A stretch of 64,000 nucleotides of DNA from a candidate division FCPU426 bacterium (GTDB lineage: Bacteria > Oederibacteriota > JAAXVQ01 > JAUVAV01): positions 1,116,878 to 1,180,877 of the forward strand of contig JBFLYH010000001.1 in NCBI GenBank assembly GCA_040756875.1. The letters are read 5' to 3'. Both the position numbers and the translations under genes were made by a program. Below are positions 18,701 to 27,435 of this stretch, piece by piece (the stretch's first letter is position 1; every line of letters begins with the position of its first letter). The notes under the pieces are model-generated. The model saw only the letters and a list, made by a program, of their open reading frames with translations. It was not told the DNA's origin and did not search any database.

Positions 18701-20760
18701 CCCGCCAGATCAACATCCTGATCGGCGCCAATATCAATGCCAGCACCGGCGTGGTGGTCGTCATTCCCTCGGCTGACCTGCACAACCCCACCAATGCCGG
18801 CAATTACACCCTGACCGTGTCCACCACGGCCCAGCCGGCAGGCACCAGCCCGGCGTATGCCATCACGCTTTCAGGCACGCCGGTCAATGTCACGGCCGTC
18901 AATCCCACCAGCAACGTGGTCAACATCAACGCCGGATACACGGTCACCTTTAATCCGGCCGTGGTGCTGCGCGGTAATACCAGCGGCATTTTCCTGATTT
19001 TCCCGCCGAGCACGGTGGTGCCCGGTTCGCTGCTCACCACGGACCTGACCGTTGCAGGCGTCAACCCCTTCTCCGTGGCCTGTGATCCGGCGTCGCGCCT
19101 CATCTCCATCATTCCCTCGTCCGACATCACGGCCGGTTCGAGCACTTCCGTGGCCATTCCCGGCCTGGTCATCATGAACCCCTCGATCCCCGGCAGCGTG
19201 CCCATGAGCGTCAGCACCACGGCCCAACCCACCGGCACCCTGAACTACACCATCAACGCTTCGTCCTCGATCATCACCACGCCCAGCGTGACGCCCAATC
19301 CCTCCCGGGCCGGTGAAATCGCGGAATATCCCATTGCCTTCTCAGTCGGCGCGCAAGGCCGTCTCATGGCCGGCAACACCATTTCCGTGCAATTCCCGGT
19401 CGGCACCACCTTCCCCTCCAGCATTCCGGCCGGGGCGGTAACGGTCAACAGCATTGGTAACACGGGCACCTTGTATGCAGTGGGCAACTACGTCCACGTG
19501 GTGGTGCCGCCGGGCGTTTCCGTCGCCAATAACGGGGCGGTCAGCCTGGTCTTCACCACTGCTGCCCTGATCCGGAATCCCGGGCAGGGCGGCACGCGCC
19601 TGGATGACGTTCACACCGACGCCGAACCCACGGCCGTGCCCTCCAACTTCTACATCATCACCGCGGACAGCCAGCTGACCGCGCCCACGGTCACGCCCAA
19701 TCCGAACGCCCTCTATGCCACGGCCGAATACACGGTCACCTTCCGGCTGGGCGCCTCCGGCAGCCTGGACGCCGGGGTGGATCACATCTACATCGTCTTC
19801 AATTCCGCCACCACGCTGCCCACCACCGTTTCGTCGCCCGGGCAGATCACGGTCAACGGCACGCCGGTCACCGCGGTCTCGCGCATCACCAACGGCTTCA
19901 ACATCCTCTCGCCCATCGACATTGCCGCCGGCGCATCCGACAAAACCGTGACCATCGTCTTCCGCACCGGCATTGGCATCCAAAACCCGACGCTGCCGGG
20001 CAGTTACACCCTGCAGGCGTACACTTCCATCGAAAACACGCCTGTCACCTCCAATCCCTACACCATCGCCCCCTCCTCTTCCACGCAGATCACCCAGCCG
20101 CAGCTGGACCTGTCGCCGGGCTTCATCAATTCCTACGCCCGCTATCAGATCAGCTTCAGCGTGGGCAGCCTGGGCGCCCTGGCCGCCGACCTCAGCACGA
20201 TCGTCGTCGTCTTCCCCAACGAATTCACCCTCCCGGCCAGCATCGCCCGGACCGACATCCTGGTGAACAACACCGAGCTCAACGCGGACCCGGCCATCGC
20301 GGGCCAGACCCTGACCATCACCACTCCCATCGCCATCCCCCTGAGCGGCGCGGTCACCCTGACCTTCCTCTCCACCTCCCACATCCAGAACCCGTCGATC
20401 ACCGGCTCCTACACCTTGACCCTGTCCACCAGCAGCGAACCCACGCCCGTGGTCTCCACCGCCGTGCAGATCCGTCCCTCCACCTGGGACGACGTGGTGG
20501 GGTATCCCAATCCCCTCAAGTACGCCGAATCGGTGAACAAATGCTTCACGTTCCTGTTCCTGCCGGACCGCAACGTCACCCTGCGCCTCTACACCCTGGA
20601 CGGCAAGCTGGTGAAGACCATCACCAAAAACGACACCACGGACCGGATCGTGTGGAACCTGGACAACGAGCGCAGCAAAATCGTGGCCAGCGGCATTTAT
20701 CTGTATGTCATCAAGGGCACGACCGGAGAAAAGCGCGGCAAGATCGGGTTCTTGAAATAA
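12781..20760 (+). CDS. Giant secreted/surface protein: 19 tandem beta-rich modules of about 135 aa plus T9SS/FlgD-like C-terminal domain
   Basis: 2659 aa with a signal peptide. Module consensus TPSPNTIGNxAQYTIDFNTxxDGALVGG...RNPTTAGNYTLTV; C-terminal GYPNP...VASGIYLY. Confidence 0.9.
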   Translation: MKTSWKIGRYVFFAMASLLILSAPALADISGVTASPAPSTVNTNAQYTLGFTTGATGALTTSDTINITFLANTTVPANFPGGAGGQVTVNGTTATATGSGQTLTITVPRDDIGNSTPVTVVITTGAANLVNPSIPGTTYQVTMSTSVESAGVTSGNYTISASGTALSVGSVTVTPSTIGNTATCSINATLGADGALWGGNSQIVITFPAGTGVYNGTITGVTVNGTAATSATGNPSARTITIVPQQNIANGAGIAISIPASAYRNPTSTGSVNLTAYTSAQTSTGTSSAYSITTSGTAVTVGTVTPSPNTIGNIAQYSIDFNTASDGALVGGVSTITVTFPVGTTVTDGAIAGVTVEGVAATSAIGTSASRTVVITPGQDIYGGLTNRTIVIPSGGSAIRNPITANSYTLTVSTSVQLSTGTSSSYTIGLSSTAVTVVSVTPSPTTINNYAQYTIDFNTSSDGGLVGGTSTITVVFPNDTVVADGAIANVTVEGTPASSATGTAATRTVVITPAQNFNGGTNNITIFIPSTGNAIRNPSTANNYTLTVDTSVQNVGTSPAYTIGGSSTPVTVVSVAPSPNTIGNIAQYTIDFNTSADGALVGGSSTITVTFPAGTVVANGSITGVTVEGLAATSATGSSASRTITITPQQSFSGSTSNITIFIPSTGSALRNPTTAGNYTLTVATSVQPVGTSPNYAIGVSGTPVTVVSAAASPNTIGNLAQYTIDFNTASDGGLVGGTSTITVTFPVGTTVIDGAISGVTVEGMAATSATGTSATRTVVIVPQQNFSGSTSNITIVIPTTSSPVRNPMTAASYTLNVATSVQTTAGTSPSYTIGLSSTAVSIDSVTPSPTTIGNQASYDIQFDLASDGGLVGGTSTITIVFPSDTVVQNGAIAGVTVEGTPATSATGNSGTRTIVVTPAQNLNGGTLNINVVIPTASLRNPTTASSYTLTVDTSVQNVGTSPSYSIGLSSTTVVVTSVVPSPNTISQSASYTVDFNTSADGALIGGTSTIVVTFPNDTVVQNGAFGGVTVEGIAASSATGSIGARTVTITPAQNLSGGTNNITIFMPSGRITNPSSSGNYQLTVTTSVQPAGNSPQYVIGISSTTVNVSSVSVAPAIIGNPALYTIDFDISSDGGLVGGTSTITVTFPAGTYVTNGALAGVTVEGIGAFSATGNNGARTIAIVPTQSLTGGTTNVTLSIPTTAVRNPTTAGNYTLTVATSLQPAGTSPQYSLGLSGTTLAVGSVTVSPTVVGNQASYQFDFNTASDGYLVGGTSTITITFPSDTNVTNGALGGVTVESLGATSATGNTASRTITIVPQQNIPGGTNNVTVFIPATAVRNPTSIGNYTLTASTSPQPAGTSPQYSLGQSSTSVTFGSVVPNPSTIGNQAQYTINFNTAADGALVGGASHIIITFPNDTVITNGAIAGVTVEGSAATSAIGNSASRSIDIVPSNNISGSYTNVTVIIPSAGIRNPTTGGSYTLTVSTTPQPVGTSPSYNIGQSGTTVNVTAVTPSPNTIGNQSQYTIDFNTSSDGALLGTISQIVVTFPSDTVVTNGALAGVTVEGLAASSATGNSAGRTVTIVPSQNIPGGTASVTLLIPSTVLRNPTTINTYTLTVATTVQPAGTSPGYSIGQSLTTVNVTAVTPNPATIGNPAQYTIQFTTSADGALLAGTSTITILFPNDTDVTNGPLSGITVGGAAASATGSSALRRIIITTPNAIAVSTSVAVVIPSTALTNPSVAGNYSLTLATSVQPAGTSPLYGIGLSSTAISVTSVTPNPTVVGNLAAYTVVFSTSSDGAIPAGTGNIIITFPNDTNVPTGALSGITINSVAPTSATGDTGTRRITLVPSANISASTSVTVVIPLSVSLRNPTATGSYTLSVASSAQPAGTSPAYSITQSVSTVSISGVTPNPTTVGSDAQYTVNFTTSADGPLYSGISRIYINFPSNTFVTTGAISGILVNGVAPSSATGNGGTRQINILIGANINASTGVVVVIPSADLHNPTNAGNYTLTVSTTAQPAGTSPAYAITLSGTPVNVTAVNPTSNVVNINAGYTVTFNPAVVLRGNTSGIFLIFPPSTVVPGSLLTTDLTVAGVNPFSVACDPASRLISIIPSSDITAGSSTSVAIPGLVIMNPSIPGSVPMSVSTTAQPTGTLNYTINASSSIITTPSVTPNPSRAGEIAEYPIAFSVGAQGRLMAGNTISVQFPVGTTFPSSIPAGAVTVNSIGNTGTLYAVGNYVHVVVPPGVSVANNGAVSLVFTTAALIRNPGQGGTRLDDVHTDAEPTAVPSNFYIITADSQLTAPTVTPNPNALYATAEYTVTFRLGASGSLDAGVDHIYIVFNSATTLPTTVSSPGQITVNGTPVTAVSRITNGFNILSPIDIAAGASDKTVTIVFRTGIGIQNPTLPGSYTLQAYTSIENTPVTSNPYTIAPSSSTQITQPQLDLSPGFINSYARYQISFSVGSLGALAADLSTIVVVFPNEFTLPASIARTDILVNNTELNADPAIAGQTLTITTPIAIPLSGAVTLTFLSTSHIQNPSITGSYTLTLSTSSEPTPVVSTAVQIRPSTWDDVVGYPNPLKYAESVNKCFTFLFLPDRNVTLRLYTLDGKLVKTITKNDTTDRIVWNLDNERSKIVASGIYLYVIKGTTGEKRGKIGFLK

Positions 20761-20774
20761 TCACCGGGGGTAAT

Positions 20775-20817
20775 AAAAAAACCCGGCAGCCCTATCAAAG
20801 GGCTGCCGGGTTTTTTT
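20775..20817. terminator. Bidirectional rho-independent terminator
   Basis: A7-CCCGGCAGCCCT...AGGGCTGCCGGG-T7 between convergent genes. Confidence 0.9.
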
Positions 20818-20863
20818 ATCCGTAAATTTCTCTACATATTCATTCAAACCAGCATTGACAATG

Positions 20864-20959
20864 ATGACCACGAAGGGCGCGAAGGAAAAACAAAGCCGAA
20901 TTTAGGTAAATATTTTCAGATGTGCTTGTCCCTTCCGCTTTTCTTCGTGCCTTCGTGGT
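20864..20959. repeat. Intergenic inverted-repeat element, second copy of the CCACGAAG family
   Basis: ATGACCACGAAGGGCGCGAAG ... CTTCGTGCCTTCGTGGT. Confidence 0.65.
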
Positions 20960-20971
20960 GGAACAAGGCTT

Positions 20972-21934
20972 TTATTTTTGTTCAGCTTTGCGGAAATAGG
21001 CCCGCACCTTGGCGATGATCGCCTCCGCCTCCCGCAGGCTCTGGAGCGGCCCCCAAAACCAGTGCGGCACCGGCAGCGCTTCGGCGAAGTATTCGCAAAA
21101 AGTCTTGAGTTCGGCCGCGCGCTTGGCCAGGTGGAGCTCTCCCTCAAACCCGGCCACAAGCGTTTCGAAAACGTCGGCCGACGGAGGCGCCGGCGGCGCC
21201 TCCTGGCCGAGCAGGAGCGCGGCCGCCTCGCGGAAAATCGCCGGATGCGCCGCCGCGGCGCGCCCGATCATGACCCCGTCGCATCCGGTGCGGCGCATCA
21301 TTTCCAAAACGTCGGCCGCCGTCGCCACGTCGCCGTTGCCGACAACCGGAATCGAAACCCGCGACTTGACCTCGGCGATCCATTCCCACTGCGCCGGCCG
21401 GGCGAAGCGCTTTTCCGGCGTGCGCGGATGCACAACCAGCGCGTCCACGCCCTCGTCCTCCAGCATCCGCATGAACTCCCAGGCGGCCTCTGCCCGGGTC
21501 CAAGCGTTCCGCACTTTCACGGTCAGGCTGCGCGACGTGGCTTGGCGCATGGCCCGGACGACCTGCCGCGTGCCCGCCGGATCGCCCAGCATGGCCGCGC
21601 CCCAGCCCCGTTTCATGATCAGAGCGCGGCTGCAGCCCAGATTCAAATCGAATCCCAACGGTTGAAAGGTTTCCAGACGCCGGATGGCTCCGGCCATCAC
21701 TTCCGGCTCATTGCCCAGCAGCTGCAATACAAGTGATGCTTCCCGCCCGAACCCCTTGTAAATCGGCGCCGCCTCGGACTCCCGGGGAACCCGGCGGGCG
21801 TTCAGCATTTCCGAATAGAACAACCCGCAGCCCCCGTAGGACCTCACCAGGCTGCGAAATGCGTATCCGGTCAGGTCCATCATGGGGGCCAGAACCAGCG
21901 GCGGTTGGACAGCCTGCCCGCGGAGCGCAAACAT
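20972..21934 (-). CDS. tRNA-dihydrouridine synthase (Dus family)
   Basis: LAPMMD, DLNLGC (catalytic Cys), VHPRT, GNGDV and GVMIGR. Confidence 0.9.
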   Translation of the reverse strand: MFALRGQAVQPPLVLAPMMDLTGYAFRSLVRSYGGCGLFYSEMLNARRVPRESEAAPIYKGFGREASLVLQLLGNEPEVMAGAIRRLETFQPLGFDLNLGCSRALIMKRGWGAAMLGDPAGTRQVVRAMRQATSRSLTVKVRNAWTRAEAAWEFMRMLEDEGVDALVVHPRTPEKRFARPAQWEWIAEVKSRVSIPVVGNGDVATAADVLEMMRRTGCDGVMIGRAAAAHPAIFREAAALLLGQEAPPAPPSADVFETLVAGFEGELHLAKRAAELKTFCEYFAEALPVPHWFWGPLQSLREAEAIIAKVRAYFRKAEQK

Positions 21935-21943
21935 TGAGGTCGG

Positions 21944-23638
21944 CTAAGCCGAGCGGGGCGGGCGAAAGCGGTTGGTAATGGGCAGGCGGCGGTCGCGGCC
22001 AAAGGCTTTGGGCGTGATTTTAATGCCTGGCGGCGCCTGGCGGCGCTTGTATTCGTTGTCGTCCACGCGCCGCAGCGTTTCCCGGACCAGGGAGGGCTTG
22101 AACCCGCGGCGCACGATCTGGCGCAGGTCCCTGCCCTCTTCAATGTACGCTTTAAGCATGCGGTCCAGCAGCGGGTAGGGCGGAAGCGTGTCCTGGTCTG
22201 TCTGGTTGGGCCGCAATTCCGCCGTGGGCGCGCGCTTGAGCACTGAGCGCGGAATCAGGTCGCGGCCGGCCCGCAGGTTGACCAGGCCGGCCAGTTCATA
22301 CACCAGCGTCTTGGGAACATCCTTGATCATCGCAAACCCGCCGGCCATGTCGCCGTACAGGGTGCAGTAGCCGACCGCGGTTTCGCTTTTGTTCCCCGTG
22401 GTCAGCACCAGCCAGCCGAAATGGTTGGAAAGGGCCATCAGCAGGCTGCCGCGGATTCGCGCCTGCAGGTTTTCATGGGCCACGCCCGGCTGGCCCGAAC
22501 CCAAGGCCGGCCGCAAGACGGCGGTGAACGCCCGATAAATGGTCATGATGGGCAGGGTGATCAGCCGGAGCCCCAGGTTTTTGGCCACCCGCGCGGCGTC
22601 GGCGCGCGTGGCGCGGGAACTGTAAGCCGAGGGCATGGTGACGCCGATGACATTCCCCCGGCCCAGGGCTTCCACGGCCAGTGCCGCGGTCAAGGCCGAA
22701 TCCACGCCGCCGCTCAATCCGATGACCGCCTGTTTGAAACCGTTCTTGCGTACGTAATCGCGCGTGCCCGTGACCAGCGCCGCGTGGATTTCCTCCAGCC
22801 GCCCGGGATTCGGCGGCTGTGTACTGCGGGGCAGCGGGGTCAACGGCGCCGCCGGCCCTGCGAGCCGCAAAAATCTCCGGTCCGGCCGCCTCGGCCCGCC
22901 GGGGCGGGTCCATTCGGAAACCAGCAGCGCTTCGGCGAAATGCGGCGCCCGGGCCTGCAAACGCCCGCGGCTGTCAAAGACCATGCTGCGGCCGTCGAAA
23001 ACCAACTCGTCCTGGCCGCCGACCAGATTGACGTAAGCCACGGCCGCGCGCGCCCGCCGTGCCAGCCGCTGCAGCAGTCGCCTGCGCAATTCAAACTTTC
23101 CCGCGTGGAAGGGCGACGCCGAGAGGTTCAATACCGCATCCACCCCGGCTTTCAGAATGGCTTGCTCCACCGGGCCTTGCGGCACCCACAAATCCTCGCA
23201 AATCGTAAGGGCCAACCTCCACCCGGACAGTTCCAGCAACAACAGGCGGCTTCCGGGATGGAAGTAGCGTTTTTCATCGAAAACGCCGTAATTGGGAAGC
23301 TCGATTTTGTCGTAATGACCTGCCAAGCGCCCGTCGTTCAGCACGGCCGCGGCGTTGAATACCTGCGAACCGGCCCGGCGGGCGTAACCCACGCAGGCGC
23401 AAAGCCCGCGGGTGTCCGGCCGCAAATCCGCCACCGCCTGCTGGTTGGCCTGCAAAAAACCCGCGGATTGCAGCAAATCCTCGGGAGGATAGCCGCACAC
23501 GGCCAATTCCGGAAACAGGACCAACTGCGCCCTTGCCTGCCGGGCTGCGGAAAGGCGCCGGCGCATTTCCGCCAGATTGGAGGCAAAATCGCCCATGACC
23601 GGGTTGGTCTGGGCGAGGGCGAGGCGCAGGCGCGGCAT
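21944..23638 (-). CDS. nadE: Glutamine-dependent NAD+ synthetase
   Basis: Nitrilase domain (FPEL, GYPPEDL, ICEDLW) plus synthetase domain (GLSGGVDS, ENLQARIRG, TTGNKSE). Confidence 0.95.
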   Translation of the reverse strand: MPRLRLALAQTNPVMGDFASNLAEMRRRLSAARQARAQLVLFPELAVCGYPPEDLLQSAGFLQANQQAVADLRPDTRGLCACVGYARRAGSQVFNAAAVLNDGRLAGHYDKIELPNYGVFDEKRYFHPGSRLLLLELSGWRLALTICEDLWVPQGPVEQAILKAGVDAVLNLSASPFHAGKFELRRRLLQRLARRARAAVAYVNLVGGQDELVFDGRSMVFDSRGRLQARAPHFAEALLVSEWTRPGGPRRPDRRFLRLAGPAAPLTPLPRSTQPPNPGRLEEIHAALVTGTRDYVRKNGFKQAVIGLSGGVDSALTAALAVEALGRGNVIGVTMPSAYSSRATRADAARVAKNLGLRLITLPIMTIYRAFTAVLRPALGSGQPGVAHENLQARIRGSLLMALSNHFGWLVLTTGNKSETAVGYCTLYGDMAGGFAMIKDVPKTLVYELAGLVNLRAGRDLIPRSVLKRAPTAELRPNQTDQDTLPPYPLLDRMLKAYIEEGRDLRQIVRRGFKPSLVRETLRRVDDNEYKRRQAPPGIKITPKAFGRDRRLPITNRFRPPRSA

Positions 23639-23651
23639 GGGGGTCACCACC

Positions 23652-24992
23652 TCACTGGGTGCGGTAAATGCGGAGTTTCTGGCCGGGAAAGATGTATTTA
23701 TTCCGGCTCACCGTCGGATTCGACCGTTTGATCTTATCGACAGTCGAATGGTGTTTGCGGGCAATGGTGAAAAGGGAGTCCCCGGCGCGTACCGTATAGA
23801 CCACATAGAGTCCCGCGAATTTACGGCGGCCCATTTCCTCGGCACTGAGGTATTTTTTGTCGTCCGGAAGGGCGGCAAAACCTGTTTGGAACGACTCGGC
23901 GGTTCCCTGCGGCAGGCGCAGCAGGTAGGTTTCCGGGCCGGGCGGCGTGCAGCCTTTGGTCAGCTCGGGATTCAGATCCGCGACGACGGCCAGCGTGACG
24001 CCCAAAACATCGGCCACGGTCTTCAAATCCACGGCGCCCGGAACTTCCACTTCATCGCAGGCTTCCTCGGACTCCAATTCGGGATTGAACCCGTACAGCT
24101 CGGGCTCGCGGGCAATCAGCAGGGCGGCATATACGCGGGGCACGTACAATTCGGTCTCCGGCGGCAGGGCCAGGTCCCAGTAATTCCGGGTCCCCTGGGC
24201 GCGGATGGACTGCCAGACGCGGCCTGAGCCCGCATTGTACGCGGCGAGGGCCAGATCCCAGTTCTGGAACTCGCGGTAGAGGTCCTTGAGGTGCCGGATC
24301 GCGGCCAGAGCGGCCTTTTCGGGATCCCGCCGCTCGTCCACCCAGAAATTCTGCCTCAGCCCCACCATCTCGGCGGTGCCTTGGATGAATTGAAACAATC
24401 CGACCGCTTCTTTGGAGGAACGGTTGCGCGGGTTGAATCCCGATTCCACCAGCGCCAAATAGACCAGATCGCCCGGAAGTCCTTCCTGCAGGAACAGTTC
24501 CCGCAACGGCGGGACATACCGGCCGGAACGGCGCAGCCAGCGGGCGAAGGATTCCCGGCCCTGGGTCAGATAATGGTCGACCTGGTGTTCGATGCGTGGA
24601 TTGTAAGGAACCGGGAAGGTGAAGGTCTCATTTTCCCATTCCGGCGAAGCCCCGTGCAGCAGCCGGTTGATGCGCACGGTCAGAAGGCCGAGTTTGGAAG
24701 TCAATACGGCGTAGCGGGCGCCCAGGCCGTCCTGGGGAGGCTCGGCCGCATACAGCAGGCGGGCGACCCGGACGGCCGCCTGTTCAGCCCCGGGTTGGTC
24801 GCCGGAGGCGTAACTAGCCATGGCCAGATTCAATTCTTCCTCGGCCCGGTCCAACTGGCCGGAAGTCAGTTCCTGGCCGCCGACCGCGCCGGCAGGCTGG
24901 TTGGCGGTTCCGGACGGCCCTCCGGTCAAGGTGGCGCACCCGGCCGCGCCAAAAAGCAACAGGATGGAAAACACGCAACGCAGAAATGTCAT
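23652..24992 (-). CDS. mltD: MltD-like lytic transglycosylase lipoprotein with LysM domain
   Basis: Lipobox AAGC, SLT motifs (LVESGF, GLFQF, LAAYNAG) and C-terminal LysM (YTVRAGDSL). Confidence 0.88.
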   Translation of the reverse strand: MTFLRCVFSILLLFGAAGCATLTGGPSGTANQPAGAVGGQELTSGQLDRAEEELNLAMASYASGDQPGAEQAAVRVARLLYAAEPPQDGLGARYAVLTSKLGLLTVRINRLLHGASPEWENETFTFPVPYNPRIEHQVDHYLTQGRESFARWLRRSGRYVPPLRELFLQEGLPGDLVYLALVESGFNPRNRSSKEAVGLFQFIQGTAEMVGLRQNFWVDERRDPEKAALAAIRHLKDLYREFQNWDLALAAYNAGSGRVWQSIRAQGTRNYWDLALPPETELYVPRVYAALLIAREPELYGFNPELESEEACDEVEVPGAVDLKTVADVLGVTLAVVADLNPELTKGCTPPGPETYLLRLPQGTAESFQTGFAALPDDKKYLSAEEMGRRKFAGLYVVYTVRAGDSLFTIARKHHSTVDKIKRSNPTVSRNKYIFPGQKLRIYRTQ

Positions 24993-25113
24993 GATTCCTT
25001 TGCAAACGGGAATGGTCCCGGCCGGAATAAATGAAACCTGCCCAAAATAACAGAGCCAGGTGCCGCTTGACAACAGAAATCGAGACGTTGGCCCGCGTGA
25101 GCGGCGGTTGGGA

Positions 25114-25875
25114 TTACAGGGTGTGAAAGGAGGCTTCCCGGGTTTTCGTCTGCACGACGGCGAAATGCCCTTCAGCCAGCGAGCCGGGCTGCACGACCAC
25201 GGTGCCGCCAAAGGCCGTTGCCTTGGGACGGCGCGTCGGGCTGGAACAAAACAGGAGTGAAGGCGCCGCTTGGTTGATCAGATCCGTGAGCAAGGGGCTG
25301 GCCAGCCGGGCCTGGTCGGGTTCGTCGTCCGGCAGCGCCGGCGGGGTGTGAAACAGCAAAATACGCGGGGGATTCAAATAATGAAAGCGCCGCAAGCCAA
25401 ATACCGTTTCCCGGCGATCGTAGCGCAAGAGGAAGTAATCCTCGTGCTGGGCCTCCGTCAGCCTGCCTCCAAAACCGGAAAACAGGTAAGGCCCGACTTT
25501 AACGATGTTTTCCTGGACCACGATCAAGGTATCCGAGCCGAACGCGGCTTGCTGTAAAAAGAGGAAATAGCGCTCCTCCGGGGCGTCATATTCCCCGGGG
25601 ACGAGCAGGACCGGCAGTTCCAACTGATTGAGGGCATTGCAAAACTGCTTGTAGGTGCGAAGATCCTGGTAGGCTTCCTCGATGATTTCGCGGCTGTTTC
25701 GGTTGGGGGGGCGGTTTTCGCGCGCCGCGGCTTCCCATTCCCCGGCGCGGGCTGTGCCGGCCACGATGTTGCCGCAGAAGCAAACCGCATCCCAGGCGAA
25801 CCGTCCCCGCCGCGCCAGCAGCAGGGCGAGGCGTTCCAGCTCGCCTCGCAGGTCGGAGATCAGCAGGATCTGCAT
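25114..25875 (-). CDS. Metallophosphoesterase-fold protein (TT1561/aq_1956-like), degenerate metal site
   Basis: ISDLRG, CGNI, PGEYDAP, FHTPP and VVQPG correspond to the calcineurin-like motifs. Confidence 0.7.
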   Translation of the reverse strand: MQILLISDLRGELERLALLLARRGRFAWDAVCFCGNIVAGTARAGEWEAAARENRPPNRNSREIIEEAYQDLRTYKQFCNALNQLELPVLLVPGEYDAPEERYFLFLQQAAFGSDTLIVVQENIVKVGPYLFSGFGGRLTEAQHEDYFLLRYDRRETVFGLRRFHYLNPPRILLFHTPPALPDDEPDQARLASPLLTDLINQAAPSLLFCSSPTRRPKATAFGGTVVVQPGSLAEGHFAVVQTKTREASFHTL

Positions 25876-25890
25876 GCCTGCCGCAGGCGG

Positions 25891-26511
25891 CTAAACCAGG
25901 GAGAGCAGGCGGCGATCGGTCAGCAGGACCACACTGCCGCGCGGTTTCTGATAGCCGTTGTGGCTGGCGATCCAGCGCACGCGCAGGCGTTTGGCGCGGC
26001 TGCCGGCTTCGGCCAGCACTTTGCCACGGGTCCCGGCGATCAGATACCGGTTCGGCTGCAGGCGGTAGTTGACCAGCAGCAGGACCGAGCTTCCCGCCTT
26101 GACCCGCATCTGCCCGTAGAATTGGACGGTATAGCCCAGCTGGTTTTCAAAATATACCTGCTTGCTCCGGCCGCCCAGAAAACTGTCCACCACGCCGGCA
26201 AACCGTTCGACCCGGTTGACGATCGCATAGGCTTTCGCCTCCCGTCGGGTCAGGCGTTCCTGGATCAGCGTCCTGACGGCCATTTTCAGCTGATCCCAGT
26301 ATCTGAACACGATATCTTCGATGGTCTCCACCCACACCTTGATCGTGCCGTCGTTTTTCACCCAGCCTTTAAGGTAATTGTCATAGCCCGCCGGGTTCAG
26401 CTTGGCCCGGTCGATGATTTCCTGATGGCTTTTGTCGCTAATGTAGGTGTGTTGCTGCAGGTCAACCAGGAATTTCATTTCTTTGATGCGATCGCCGCCG
26501 GTCCAGGCCAT
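25891..26511 (-). CDS. Hypothetical protein
   Basis: 206 aa, GGAGG RBS, protein-like composition; no family recognised. Confidence 0.7.
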   Translation of the reverse strand: MAWTGGDRIKEMKFLVDLQQHTYISDKSHQEIIDRAKLNPAGYDNYLKGWVKNDGTIKVWVETIEDIVFRYWDQLKMAVRTLIQERLTRREAKAYAIVNRVERFAGVVDSFLGGRSKQVYFENQLGYTVQFYGQMRVKAGSSVLLLVNYRLQPNRYLIAGTRGKVLAEAGSRAKRLRVRWIASHNGYQKPRGSVVLLTDRRLLSLV

Positions 26512-26615
26512 GGCGCCCTCCTTCTGCTCCGCTCACGTGCACTCAGAGATTCAATTATAGCCCATCGGCCGCTGCCCGGCAATCCCAAAGTCCCTGCGGT
26601 CGCGGGCGTCGTTCC

Positions 26616-27434
26616 TCACGCCCTGCGGGCCACCCCGGCGTCGGCGGGCGACGCGGGCGTTTTCGGGCCGCTCTCGATGTAGGCATAGGCGTTGTGGTTA
26701 TGGATGCTTTCCCAATTTTCGCTTTCCACGGTGAACCAGGTAATCCGCTTGTCCGCTTTCAAGGCCAGCGCGATTTCGCGCACGATGTCCTCGACGAAGG
26801 CCGGGTTGTCATAAGCGCGCTCGGTGATGAACTTTTCGTCCTCGCGCTTGAGCATGGCGTAGAGGTCGCAGACCGCGCAGCGCTCCACCAGGGCGATCAA
26901 ATCCTCGATCCACACCAACGTGTTCATTTTGACGGCCACGGTGACCAGAGAACGCTGGTTGTGCGCGCCGCGGTCGCTGATCTCCTTCGAGCACGGGCAG
27001 AGGGTCGAAACCGGCACGTGCACCGTCAGTATGAATTCCTTGCCGCCGTCGCGATGGAGGCTGACGACCATGGAGCAGGTATACTCCATGAGGCTGGTAA
27101 CCTTGGAAACCGGGGCCTGTTTTTCGATGAAATACGGGAACGACATTTCCAGGTACGCGGCTTCGGAATCCAGGACTTCCCGCAGGCTTTGGCAGATTTC
27201 CTCCATGTTCTGGACGTTGATTTCACGCTGGTAGCGGTTGAGCACCTCCACGAACCGGCTCATATGCGTACCGCGAAAGCGTTCGGGCAGGTGGACATAC
27301 AGATTGACGTCCGCCACCGTGTGCTGCACCTTGTAGGCCTTGTCCAGCACGGTGATCGGATATTTCAGGTTGCGGATGCCCACTTTGTCGATGGCAATGT
27401 TCCGGGTGTCCGGTTGGTTCTGCACGTCCTTCAT
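26616..27434 (-). CDS. folE2: GTP cyclohydrolase IB
   Basis: RGTHMSRF, TLCPCSKEIS, GAHNQRS, FVED and ESIHNHNA. Confidence 0.95.
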   Translation of the reverse strand: MKDVQNQPDTRNIAIDKVGIRNLKYPITVLDKAYKVQHTVADVNLYVHLPERFRGTHMSRFVEVLNRYQREINVQNMEEICQSLREVLDSEAAYLEMSFPYFIEKQAPVSKVTSLMEYTCSMVVSLHRDGGKEFILTVHVPVSTLCPCSKEISDRGAHNQRSLVTVAVKMNTLVWIEDLIALVERCAVCDLYAMLKREDEKFITERAYDNPAFVEDIVREIALALKADKRITWFTVESENWESIHNHNAYAYIESGPKTPASPADAGVARRA

Positions 27435-27435
27435 G

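Noticed and set aside
12781-20760. Diversity-generating retroelement or shufflon target
   Set aside because: No reverse transcriptase, recombinase or non-coding template repeat was seen; the repeats are in-frame protein modules.
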